Shown here: positions 1 to 10,600 of the stretch, piece by piece
How the letters are laid out: every line of letters begins with the position of its first letter
Numbering within the stretch: position 1 is the first letter of the stretch
IMG/VR virus record: IMGVR_UViG_3300020045_001588
Span: 1 to 60,036 of that record
Length of the DNA stretch: 60,036 nucleotides
Strand: one strand, 5' to 3'
Origin: a virus
Lineage: Duplodnaviria; Caudoviricetes
The notes under the pieces: model-generated
Database searches by the model: none
What the model was told of the DNA's origin: nothing
What the model saw: only the letters and a program-made list of their open reading frames with translations
Translations under genes and position numbers: made by a program

Positions 1-3000
1 CTTTCTTCAAGAACTCCAATACAATCTCGCCACCTACTGGCACTTTGTCATTTATTCTGAACACAGCAGGGTTAGAGTACATGTCTCCGTTTGCTGAGAG
101 TGGATAGTTAGCGGTTACTACCTTAGTTCCTATGTTGGTTGTAGTAGTACCTATCGCCTTAATCTCAATTGAGTTGTTAGCATTAGACGCTGCTGCAATT
201 ATATAGAACTGGTAGAACTTAGTATTATCCAACCCACTCAACTTCAACTTAGATGGGTCTGTTGCATGACTCACTGTAAAGCCCGACGTAACAGACGATC
301 CTCCTCTGATATATGAGTCCGCAGGTGCACTCGCTGCTGCTGCTTGGTAGAACCCTTTCACATAGTTGCTTAGGTTGATACCTGAGGCTGCACCCGTCTT
401 GTCTATTAGGTTCTTGTTAAGCGTGGTAGAGTTGTATGAACCTGTTCCATCTGCATAGTACTCATTCACATTTGTCTCGCCAGAACCTGCCGCAAATTGG
501 CTACGGATGTTGACCTCTATGGTTCTAAGTACTTCGTATCCTCCTACTGGCGGTGCGTCTGTAAATTCTGCTGAACCTGCCACTGAGGATTCGTTTCTAT
601 ATGAACCTGCCTTAATCTTAAACTCGTAGTAATTTGCAGGTCTGGCTAATGCTCCTACATTTATCACAGTAGTGTATTGAATCCAAGAACCACCATTCAC
701 TCGATACAAAATCTCAGTTGCTCCTAAAGTATGACTTGCCACTACTGTTCGGGCTAAGTTGTCACTAGTTACAGTTGGAGCAACTGGGTTATCGTTTTCA
801 TCAGGACGTAATCCAGAAAAAGGCCCGCAATCTGTCGGATAAGTACGAGCTGTACTATACACATCCAAAGTAACGCCTTCCAAAACTGCACTGATTAACC
901 CTTTACCTGCTGAACCTGGTCTAAGTGAACCATAGGGATTCATGTTAATAGCTGTACTATTATTAGCTAAATAGACAGAGTTCAAACCATAACCACTAGA
1001 CAAATAAGCAGCTAAGTTAGCAGAGGTTACTGTGTAAGTAGGAGTGCCATCCATGTACTGGAATAGTAGGTATTGACCAGAAATGTTGGCTTTTACCACG
1101 TTGTTGTCTTCTACGTCTGGATAATCTGTACCTTGATAATGCTTCACGTAAATACCATCAGCAAAGATGTTACCACGTATTTTTAAGAACTTGTGGTTCT
1201 CATAGAAGTTAGTTTTACCGAAGTAGTTATGGAATAAGCTAATGTTGCCACAGTTACCAAAGTATGTAGGAGTCACCGCAGTCAGATAACAGTTAATTAG
1301 GGTTAAACCAGTTGTATAGGTAGAGTAAAATTTATCCCCTATCAGACTTTTAACCATAACATTCGTACTTGTCTCGATAATACCCAAGTCAGCATAAACT
1401 CTGTCCCCGCTAAACGCACGAACATTTTCTACATATAGATTGTTAGTCTGTTTCAATACCAATGGGGCACTGAACCCGATAGGTAAGCTAGTCGTAGTAT
1501 CCAATGCTCCTGGTATAACCCCGCCGTTACGAATGTCATCGAAATACACGTTTTTAACACTCACGTCACCTTCACCTGCTACCTCACAGTTGATACGCAC
1601 CGAACCATAAGTGATGTCTCTCAGTACAATATTGTCTATTTCTACATGGTGAACATCTGTGGTTGCACGTACAGCTACATAGCCATAACTGAAATCGCAG
1701 TCTAAGACTTTCCAGTGATGTCTACCATCACCACGTACCATAGCTCCACCGCTGTTGTTAATGTCAGCATTCTTGAAGCTGATGTTTCTAAGCGATGTGT
1801 AATTCCGCTCTAGTCTCCATACAGTTTGGGCTAAAGTCTGAACGTTGAATATAGGTCTTACCCCTGCCGCACCTTGGAAGTTAACCATGTAAGTCCCATT
1901 GTTGTACGTGGGTGCATAAATACTGGTAAGCAAATACTCATCTGATGTGTTAAACTGCACAACCAAATCACTACTAAATACGTGAGAGGCTAACCATGTA
2001 GTTAACTCTGACAGCACATTAGTACCGAAGATAACAGCACCTGAACCTACCCTCTGTACCATAATCTTGCTATCTGAATTAACAGTACCTAATATTTCAG
2101 TAGGGTTTGTGATAACTGCTGATGGGTTTCTACCTGTAGCTGCTCTTACACGTATAGCCAAAGCCCCTATCGGTATGTTCACATCCCCAAACGCAAATGG
2201 ATTGGAAGGTACAATTGCCCAGCTTGGTACTGCTGCATCGTAAGTTGTGCTGTATTCGTGTTCAGATAGTGGGTAGGCTGGATTCGCTGTGAACCCTACT
2301 GTATTCAACATATCGTCAATGACCATTGCTGTTGGTGCATCAGGGGTAGTGATAACAAAACTACCTGTTATATTTAGACCAACCACATTAACCAATTGCA
2401 GACTAGCCGCCTCACAGTAAAATTTGATGAACAAATCACCTGCGGGTTGCACGGCACTCGTAACTGTAGTCCAAGTACTGCCTCCGTCGATACTATACTC
2501 CCAATATAAATTAGTTCCGTCAGTTCTGAACCGCATCAAGCCTACACCAAAACTAGCAACAGATGAGCCAGATGTACCTGTCTTTCTGTAATACAGTTTG
2601 CCTAAATACTTACGCATAGTGAAATCTATGGTAGTGTATCCTTCTGCGTTTTGGGTAGAGTCGAGTCCCAAAAGCATAGAATCTAAAGCCGTAACATTGA
2701 ACTGTAGTATTGCTGTTTCACCTATGGCAATTTTAGCCTGTGCTATACCCGAACCCTGTCCTACACCTATCAATGTATTATTATTGACAGAGATATTGTA
2801 CAACTCCGACCATTGTACTATAGGCAGGTATTCTTCCGCTACTGCGTTTACTATCGTGTATGCAGTGAATGTGTTGACATTAGAGTCATAGATAGACTTT
2901 AAACTGCCCTGTCCCTGGTCGTAACCAATAGTCACAGTAGAGCTTTGGAATATCTGTACATCAAATGCCAGGATAACATTACGATTATCCTCTGGGTCTA

Positions 3001-6000
3001 GACTAATTGTGGTGACTGGGTGTAACCTCAAACTAGTATCATTCAGCCTCTCTACAACAGTGAATGCGTTCAGAGCTGTCTGCTCGTCCTTCAACAACTC
3101 ATTGAAGGAGATGATTATCTTGTTACCCAAGTCATTAGTAGTAGCTGCTTGTACAGTAGGAGGGTCTAGCACTGGTTCTCTAGTCGTAGTCAATACGAAG
3201 AAAGTGAATGGTGAGCTGCTGCCAGAACCATACGCTTTCATTTTATAGTAGTAACTAGTGTTAGCAATTAGACCCGTATCTGTGTAAGTTCTAGCAGTTT
3301 TGGGTACACGCCCAACCTCAAGATACACTCCGTCGATAGTATTAGAACGATAGATAATGAACTCATCTATCTTTGCTTCCTCGGTCGGAGAGTATTCCCA
3401 ACTCACCTGTACTGTACTGCTTGTTGCAGAGCTCTCAGTCACATTTAGAGGCTCAGTCAACAACAATAAAGTAGATTTGTCGTAGGAAGCAGACACATCA
3501 GACTGAGAATCTCCATCCACAAACTGCACTCTAAAGTAGTACAGCGTGTTAGGAAGCAAATCGTGAATTGTTGTCTCCGCTGTATCCCTATACTCTTCTT
3601 CTATAATGACAAAGCCCGAACTTGGGGATAAGCTTCTGTAAATTCTAGCACTGTTCAGCCCTATGTTCTCATCTGTCCAAGCTATCTTGATGCTAGTAGC
3701 TGTAAGGGCTTCTAGCTGAATATTTTTTGGGGTAACTAGCTTCCTAGTACCAGTCAATTGGCTATATAATATAACTGGAGTTTCTCCTATAGTTTGGGTA
3801 ATGTACTTAGTACTGCCATCCACAGTAGGGTACTTTTGAGTTAATGACCCATACTCAACCAATCTCAAATCCTGTCTCTCAAAATCCATAGCTGGAAGTG
3901 TAGTGACATCATTGTTTACTCTAAGATTTAGTGAGTAAGTTGAGAAATCATCCACACCAATCCAAACAACTATAGCTTTACCACCATTAACTTTGTGCTC
4001 AATCTCTACTGCCCACAGTTTAGGGTGCATAGTCATGAAGATGTCAGTCTCAAGTACGTGAAGCTCACCGTTCTCTACTAAGATTCGATTTACTTTATAG
4101 TCAGTCATTGCATTACGAAACGCAGTAACATACCACCAGGCTTGTAGAGGTTTTCGAACCCTATCACCAGCCCAGGCAACACCATCTACTAGCCCTGATG
4201 TATAGAACATTTCTCTGGTAATAGCTCCAGACTGACCTGGTTGATTTTCGGGAAGATTGTCTACATTGATACTATCCCCTGCATACCAATATTGATTCAA
4301 CGCATCTATACCTAACGCCAAATAAATCAAGTATGTTCGAAGCAGCCAGACAGCCTTATGCACGCCTCTATCATACCTATTAAAGTCTTGAGGTGAAGAC
4401 ATACCACCATGTTGTTCACCGTAGCCACACTCAGTGCACCACACTTCTATGTTTTGTGCTGATAGATTTCTCAATCTAAGCATTTCTCTAGTGTGTGGGA
4501 TGAGCTCGGCAGCCTCTGGTTCTACACCCCATGCAGGAGTAGTACTGTAAGTTGCTGTATCAGGTAATCCACGGTATGTATTATAGTGGTGGAAGTTGAT
4601 AACATCTACAGGATAGTCGCCTGGACCCCTGTATATATCCCACCAAAGCATCATCTCTTTAACAAAATCTGTCTTGATACTGACTAGACCATTCATTACC
4701 AGTTTTGAATTAGGGTCAGCAGACTTTATACCGTAACCTAATCCAAGTTGCCCTTTATGCCCATCATACAGGGCAGACATCATAGCAGCCATTTCTTCTG
4801 GATTCCAGTAGGCATCTACACCTAACCAATATTTCTCAGTCTCGTTACCCATCTCATAGTAACGTACCACTCCAAGAGCTTTCACATTATCCACAAACTG
4901 ATTACAAATGTCTGGAGCATTATCATTGAATCCCCATCTGTATGCCATAGAGGCAGCTATACGGGCATAATGCTTGTAAGATTGAGGGTTGGTTGTAACA
5001 GCTAAACTGTAGATATTTAAACCTGGGTCTACTGGTTTACAGTCCTGTGGTCTCTCTGCTTCTGTAGTTGTACGTAAGTATCTGAACCCACGCACAAGAG
5101 TCATGATAATAGCCTTTTGACCAGTATCAAGTAACTCTTGCAGTTTGAGGTCAGTATTCCACATGTGAGAAGTAGCACCTGCCATCTGAATATCATCAGG
5201 TGTAGCGTTTACGCCCCCAGCTAATTCTCTAAACACTCCTGACATTAGCCAATCTGTTTCATTGTACACACGCATCAATCCAGACACTTTACCAATCCAA
5301 TCAAATTGAGTCTCAGCAAGAAATCCATTTGTACCAACAGCCTCGTTAAAGTCTCTTGTGTTTGGGAGAGCCTTGTATTTTTCTCCTTTTATAGAGTTGA
5401 TTGTTTTCTTAGTACCGTATGCAAGGAAACCCCAAATCTCAGCAAAACCTCTACCAAATGCCAGGACTATATATCTAATATTGGTTTTGGCAGGGCTATT
5501 GATAGTCAATTTACGCCAAGAAGTACTGAATTGACTGACTGAACTGTGTGCATGCACCATATTCACACCGTCACCACTGGTGTACACATCAAAAGTTATG
5601 TTGGTCTTGATGAGTACGTAGAAGTAGTCTAGGTCGTAAGTCCCATCTAATTCTATATAGACTTTGTGGTAAGGATTGTTGTACCAAGTAACTGGGGCAA
5701 TACCATAAGTAGAGTATGCAGATAGACGGTCAGCAGGTTCGCCAACTGGTACACCCTCTACATCTACCACATTATCTTGATGTGCTAGTCTCTTGAATGT
5801 TGGAAAATCTGTGAACAATTCACCTGACCTGAAACCTATTTTAATGAGTGGTTCATATATCTTGTGCTCATAGAATGGGATTCTCTTTGGTACTGATGGA
5901 GTACCTGTTATGGCTGTGGTAGTGAACTGAACCACATTACTAACTAATGAACGTCTTATACTGCCTCCCGAACTCTTTTCAGAATATATAGCAGCGTAGT

Positions 6001-6490
6001 AGTGTGTACCTGGATACAATTGTGGCACTATATATGTCTCTGCATTCCCTGGCAACTTAGCAGTCTTAGTCAGCTTGATAGCTGAATAGTTTGTGCTAAG
6101 GATGTTAGAGGAACTGAGAATTAAGTAGTACAAGTCTGTAGCTACAGTATCTATTCCTTCGAATCCTTGTGGGGCTGTCCAGTTAAGTTTAGCGGACACA
6201 GTATCCACTATCTCTACTACAAGGTCATCTACCGCTGATGGGTCTGGAGTAGGTACATCAGTAGTAATTGGTTTTGAAGTCCAATATGTGTATTGGTCAT
6301 CTGTAGTCCATCTTAACTCTGTAATACCGTTAGGCATATAAGACAAGTCCACTGAGCCCAGGTTATTTGCTCCCAGTGTTAAAAGATGCCCTCCAATCCC
6401 ATCCTGATGAACTATCAAAATACCTTCTGAACCGAAACCAACAGGTAGTTTTGTAAGGGTTATGTCTTTAGTTAATATTAGCTTATCCAT
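1..6490 (-). CDS. Giant multidomain tail fibre/spike with depolymerase domains (>2,160 aa, 3' end beyond the window)
   Basis: Not in the ORF track, consistent with no stop before the window edge. ATG at 6490 (MDKLILTKDITL...); the same frame still reads as protein at base 2 (...GGEIVLEFLKK). Hand translation shows an FN3-like domain, a clan GH-A-like core (YEMGNE ~4841-4858, VINFHHY ~4583-4605, WCTECGY ~4421-4442), two FN3 domains (~3170-3750), a SwmB-like Ig domain and a beta-helix-like region (~900-2000). Confidence 0.8.
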   Translation of the reverse strand, partial: MDKLILTKDITLTKLPVGFGSEGILIVHQDGIGGHLLTLGANNLGSVDLSYMPNGITELRWTTDDQYTYWTSKPITTDVPTPDPSAVDDLVVEIVDTVSAKLNWTAPQGFEGIDTVATDLYYLILSSSNILSTNYSAIKLTKTAKLPGNAETYIVPQLYPGTHYYAAIYSEKSSGGSIRRSLVSNVVQFTTTAITGTPSVPKRIPFYEHKIYEPLIKIGFRSGELFTDFPTFKRLAHQDNVVDVEGVPVGEPADRLSAYSTYGIAPVTWYNNPYHKVYIELDGTYDLDYFYVLIKTNITFDVYTSGDGVNMVHAHSSVSQFSTSWRKLTINSPAKTNIRYIVLAFGRGFAEIWGFLAYGTKKTINSIKGEKYKALPNTRDFNEAVGTNGFLAETQFDWIGKVSGLMRVYNETDWLMSGVFRELAGGVNATPDDIQMAGATSHMWNTDLKLQELLDTGQKAIIMTLVRGFRYLRTTTEAERPQDCKPVDPGLNIYSLAVTTNPQSYKHYARIAASMAYRWGFNDNAPDICNQFVDNVKALGVVRYYEMGNETEKYWLGVDAYWNPEEMAAMMSALYDGHKGQLGLGYGIKSADPNSKLVMNGLVSIKTDFVKEMMLWWDIYRGPGDYPVDVINFHHYNTYRGLPDTATYSTTPAWGVEPEAAELIPHTREMLRLRNLSAQNIEVWCTECGYGEQHGGMSSPQDFNRYDRGVHKAVWLLRTYLIYLALGIDALNQYWYAGDSINVDNLPENQPGQSGAITREMFYTSGLVDGVAWAGDRVRKPLQAWWYVTAFRNAMTDYKVNRILVENGELHVLETDIFMTMHPKLWAVEIEHKVNGGKAIVVWIGVDDFSTYSLNLRVNNDVTTLPAMDFERQDLRLVEYGSLTQKYPTVDGSTKYITQTIGETPVILYSQLTGTRKLVTPKNIQLEALTATSIKIAWTDENIGLNSARIYRSLSPSSGFVIIEEEYRDTAETTIHDLLPNTLYYFRVQFVDGDSQSDVSASYDKSTLLLLTEPLNVTESSATSSTVQVSWEYSPTEEAKIDEFIIYRSNTIDGVYLEVGRVPKTARTYTDTGLIANTSYYYKMKAYGSGSSSPFTFFVLTTTREPVLDPPTVQAATTNDLGNKIIISFNELLKDEQTALNAFTVVERLNDTSLRLHPVTTISLDPEDNRNVILAFDVQIFQSSTVTIGYDQGQGSLKSIYDSNVNTFTAYTIVNAVAEEYLPIVQWSELYNISVNNNTLIGVGQGSGIAQAKIAIGETAILQFNVTALDSMLLGLDSTQNAEGYTTIDFTMRKYLGKLYYRKTGTSGSSVASFGVGLMRFRTDGTNLYWEYSIDGGSTWTTVTSAVQPAGDLFIKFYCEAASLQLVNVVGLNITGSFVITTPDAPTAMVIDDMLNTVGFTANPAYPLSEHEYSTTYDAAVPSWAIVPSNPFAFGDVNIPIGALAIRVRAATGRNPSAVITNPTEILGTVNSDSKIMVQRVGSGAVIFGTNVLSELTTWLASHVFSSDLVVQFNTSDEYLLTSIYAPTYNNGTYMVNFQGAAGVRPIFNVQTLAQTVWRLERNYTSLRNISFKNADINNSGGAMVRGDGRHHWKVLDCDFSYGYVAVRATTDVHHVEIDNIVLRDITYGSVRINCEVAGEGDVSVKNVYFDDIRNGGVIPGALDTTTSLPIGFSAPLVLKQTNNLYVENVRAFSGDRVYADLGIIETSTNVMVKSLIGDKFYSTYTTGLTLINCYLTAVTPTYFGNCGNISLFHNYFGKTNFYENHKFLKIRGNIFADGIYVKHYQGTDYPDVEDNNVVKANISGQYLLFQYMDGTPTYTVTSANLAAYLSSGYGLNSVYLANNSTAINMNPYGSLRPGSAGKGLISAVLEGVTLDVYSTARTYPTDCGPFSGLRPDENDNPVAPTVTSDNLARTVVASHTLGATEILYRVNGGSWIQYTTVINVGALARPANYYEFKIKAGSYRNESSVAGSAEFTDAPPVGGYEVLRTIEVNIRSQFAAGSGETNVNEYYADGTGSYNSTTLNKNLIDKTGAASGINLSNYVKGFYQAAAASAPADSYIRGGSSVTSGFTVSHATDPSKLKLSGLDNTKFYQFYIIAAASNANNSIEIKAIGTTTTNIGTKVVTANYPLSANGDMYSNPAVFRINDKVPVGGEIVLEFLKK

Positions 6491-6494
6491 ATTG

Positions 6495-6851
6495 TTATAA
6501 GTTCAATTCGTTGCCTACAGGAGTTACATAGTTAAAAGTTATACTACTAGGAGCTTGTTTTACTATCAGGTCTTCATCCTCCACACCGTCTTTCCACCAC
6601 CACTCCTCATTTGATCCTCCTAAAATATACCCGCTACTCTGTAACACACCTCCAGTATTAATAATGATTGTAAAGTGCCCTACCCTATCAGCAGCGTTTG
6701 GGAAATATTCTATTACCTCTTCTACATTTAAGAAGGGTCTAAATCTAAAAGTATCTCCCTTATCATAGTAATAAGACCTTGCTGAATCAGGTTTACCACT
6801 GGTAGCATAAGGGGTGTTACTCGCTGTGCCGTCAGAAGGGTTATAGCTCAT
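6495..6851 (-). CDS. Small virion/tail-associated hypothetical protein
   Basis: 118-aa ORF coupled to the upstream gene by an ATGA overlap; lies between the RNAP polyprotein and the fibre gene. Confidence 0.65.
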   Translation of the reverse strand: MSYNPSDGTASNTPYATSGKPDSARSYYYDKGDTFRFRPFLNVEEVIEYFPNAADRVGHFTIIINTGGVLQSSGYILGGSNEEWWWKDGVEDEDLIVKQAPSSITFNYVTPVGNELNL

Positions 6852-7423
6852 GTCGAAAATGTTATATCGTAAATAGTTGATTGAAATATGAATGGGTCTC
6901 TACTAATTACTATCCTATTACTTCCTACTATAACAGGGGCTTCAAAAACTGCATCTGGAATATTGTTGCCTCTATTCAAGTCAGTATTGTACCACTTTGT
7001 CTTTATAGGTTCGTCCGTCGGCTGTGAGAAAGCAATATATTTATTTGCACCTGCCGCAGAAGTATAGTTTAAGTTGAATGAAGTTGAGCCCTTAATAACC
7101 AAAGCAGTAAACTGGAAAGTAAGCGATAATGCTTCTGGTTTAGTATCATAAAACCCAAACTGTATAGGAACTCTGATAATTGGGTCAGCTTTCCCTATCA
7201 CCCCTATGAGTTCATCATAAAGCTTCTGAGTAGTCTCATCCAATAGCTCTTCTACATTGACTCTATGCTCTAAGACCTGCAACAGATTAAACAGGTTTTG
7301 GGATTCATCTGGTCCTTTTATATAGATAGAAAATCCAAATTTCTCCATATCTATTCTATGGGAAATTAACCGAGATAGAAAACGTCTACCTCGGTTTATA
7401 TCGTTAAGTATATCCTCTAACAT
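6848..7423 (-). CDS. Hypothetical structural protein (tail-fibre docking region)
   Basis: 191-aa ORF overlapping both neighbours at start/stop; position before the fibre gene. Confidence 0.65.
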   Translation of the reverse strand: MLEDILNDINRGRRFLSRLISHRIDMEKFGFSIYIKGPDESQNLFNLLQVLEHRVNVEELLDETTQKLYDELIGVIGKADPIIRVPIQFGFYDTKPEALSLTFQFTALVIKGSTSFNLNYTSAAGANKYIAFSQPTDEPIKTKWYNTDLNRGNNIPDAVFEAPVIVGSNRIVISRDPFIFQSTIYDITFST

Positions 7424-7674
7424 CAGTCTATTTTGTATAACTCGTTATATGCTGCACGTACTGCACCTTGATACCTTACAGTGTCGCCATTAATTCGGTC
7501 AATCTCTGCAACGTATAAATACTTAACTGCCTCATTGACCGCCACATTAGTAGGAGTTTGAGTACAACCACAAGAGCTAAGTTCCTGGACTAGTTCCGAA
7601 AGTCGAGCATTTAGCAGAGTAACCACATTAGTATAGTTTGTGGTACTGTCGAAAATTATTTTTTCTAATTTCAT
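7423..7674 (-). CDS. Small helical hypothetical protein (CGC motif)
   Basis: Called from TTG 7680, which lies inside a TAAATTTG box; ATG at 7674 is the likelier start. Confidence 0.6.
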   Translation of the reverse strand: MKLEKIIFDSTTNYTNVVTLLNARLSELVQELSSCGCTQTPTNVAVNEAVKYLYVAEIDRINGDTVRYQGAVRAAYNELYKID

Positions 7675-7677
7675 ATC

Positions 7678-7685
7678 CAAATTTA
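7678..7685 (-). promoter_or_regulatory. Bacteroidota -7 promoter box TAAATTTG
   Basis: Matches TAnnTTTG in the short intergenic gap after the RNAP polyprotein; only 3 nt before the ATG. Confidence 0.45.
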
Positions 7686-7692
7686 TGATTAA

Positions 7693-10600
7693 TTATTCTG
7701 AAAAATACTCGCTGTTGTCTATGAACTTTTCAGCGTCATAAAATGCAGATTCCACAGGAATGTATTTTAGAACTTGATTTGCTCCCTTAATATCTCCACG
7801 CTTGGTATAAATATTTGAATCATCACCACCTGTTGCCATGTGAGCTGTAGCCATACCTAATGATGCAAGTCCTTGTAACAATTCCAAAACCCCTTTCACT
7901 ACAGACGGCTCTTGTACAAAACCCTTCGTAATAGATATTGGATTCCACTGCTCAGTAAGTCTTGAGTTCATATCTGAGGCAAACTTACGTACAGAATCTT
8001 CATCATCGCTATCTCCAAACATTGCTGCAACTAAGGCGGAAGTCATAGACCAGGTACTAAAGGTTATCCCAAAATCAATCACATTCTTCTTCTGCATATC
8101 GGATAAGTCTGCCCAATTGTAGCCGTTCTTCTGATTCTTCATGACCAAGTTAGAGATGAATCCTCCCATAGTTCGCCATTTACCCTCAGTCAAACGTGCC
8201 TGCCACTCATAGACATCTTCTTCTTCTGTTTTTTGGAGCGTTCCTATAGAGTAATCGTACTGCTTAGACTTAGCTGCTAAAAGAATGGTAGTAGGTAACC
8301 ATCTTCTGAATAGCATGAACATCTCGCCTAGAGCTGTAGCCTCAATCATAGAACGTTCCTCCTGTCTATACCCACCCTTCACTCTACGTACCACTGCATG
8401 TAGTTTTTGGATTTCCATGAAGTTCAGCTCTCTGAGTTCTTGTGTAACTCCATCTCCCATGCGTAATTTACCTCTAGTAAAATCAGCTGGTAACTCGAAC
8501 TTACCTTCACCAGATACAGGGTCTACTACAACACTATCTCTATAAACCTCCCACATAGACTTACCTGCGTATGGCCCAGACTGTATCTTCATAGAGTTCA
8601 TCGCATCTATAGCAATTACCGCTGTAGTCATAGCTTCTGGATAAGAGTATAGAATAGACAAGTTATTTACATCCCATACAGTTCCGCCATCTGATACCAT
8701 ACCTCTAGTCTTGTATCCAAGCTCTGACATCTCAGGAAACATTCTAAAGGTCTTCACAAACACATGTACTGGATGTGCCTTACCTTCCCCTTTCATAGAT
8801 GCTGCCTGATACGACATCCAATCACCATAAGCTTTGCTGTGGTTCTTGAGTGATAAATCTTGCTTTGACACATCTATGCCACCCCATGAAGTAGACCCCA
8901 AACTGTTAACAAGTGATTCCTTACTTACTGCCCACATAGCCTGCATAGCATTCTTAGTAGCTGATGGTACTTTCAACCACAGTGCTGATGCTGCGAAAGA
9001 TGAACTAAGGATTCTTGACGCTTTCATAGGTGAAAAATACACATTTTTACCATTAGAATTTGTAAAGAGCTTGAACTTCTTACGAGATATATCATCAGTA
9101 TCCTTCAACTTACCTACCAAATTCCTAGTCATGTGATACTCCAAAAACTTAGCAGAGTTCTCATTGATAGGGTTGTTATGCACATCCGTCTGCAATTGTA
9201 AGAACCCTTTCACCGAATTACCCAAAGCATACACAGAGTCATAATACTTCTTGTTAATCATGTGCTGCATATAGGTCTTAAATGCAAGTTCTAAGTTTGA
9301 GGTATGGATGTCAGGGTTATGTGGCTTATTACTAGACCCAATGTACTTTATCGGTATGCCATACTGTTTATCCAAATCTCCAGTCTCATTTTCCTCATAG
9401 AACATACTCAGGCGTTTGGCTACTTGATGTTTGAGATATTTCTTAATAGCATCTACACCTCCACTGATAGCCTGGAACTTGAGTTCAGATGACGTAATAC
9501 CTACCTTTGGAATAAAAGAGTTTGACATCTGGAAGTTACCACCTGCATTCTGGTTATAAATAGACAACTTAGTTCTAGGCACTCCATTGATTTCATCTAT
9601 AACTGCACCTGGACCACTTACCAAAACCTCATTGAAGATGTTTTTCATGTGAGTACGCATGAAGATTACTAGGTCTTTTTGTGCCTGTGTCAAATTCTTC
9701 CACTGGTCATCTGCCTCGGTAATTAGTCCACGGGTAGCAATGTTATGTCCATCTTCTGCAACCTTGATATTAGTCACAATCAAGTCACTAAAGAGTTTCT
9801 TTTTATCTACAGGGCTAAAAGCCTTCTCCAATGCTGAACGCTTGCCCAATTTCTCTTCTAAAGCAGCAGTCATTTTAGAGTTGAACTCATACTCGACAAC
9901 ATCATATTCGGCGTACACCTTAGCTCTGGCTTCATCCACAGCTTGAGAGTATGCCTGTATGTATGGGTTATGTGTATCATGGATAGTACCTAACCACATA
10001 GTAAACTTACTAATGTCATAATCTTTGCTTGATTGTTTAGGGAGTCCCAAAACAGATTTAGCTTGAAGAATCTTGAACATCAGCTTATCTCTTTTCTGTA
10101 GTTCTGATGGATACCACTGTCCTTTATAGTTTGTGCCTTCCATGCCCCTGATAGAAACACTTGTCTCTAACTGTTCTAGCTCTATCTCATAACGTCTCAA
10201 CATCTCCACGTCTCTAACATTGCCTTTCTTATCTATCAAATCCTGAGTGAAAGAGGTATTTGTTGTACCTCCATAATCAGCAGGATTAAATAGACGTGGC
10301 GAATTGGCAATCATCTTAGTGTATGCTTGAGGCTCTTCATTCTTATAGTACTGCTCTATCATAGACAGATAATCCCTCACTTCTACCTGTAAAGCATTCC
10401 TAGGATTCTTAGCTTGATACTTATCTGGTATGTGCATCACCACTGGAGCTTCAAACAAAGCTTTAGGATTAGATGCTTTTACTATGACAGAGTATATCAT
10501 GGTTTGGAGCTTTGCTTGACTCACTGGGTTATCGTAGATGTCAAACTCCTGGCTTCCATAATACATCATTCTAGTCAACTTAGACTTCTGCATTCTACTA

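Noticed and set aside
1-6490. Apparent 6.5-kb gene desert, or stop-codon reassignment as in some crAss-like phages
   Set aside because: It is one reading frame open to the window edge. All large genes are intact in the standard code, and TAA, TGA and TAG each end genes at sensible positions.
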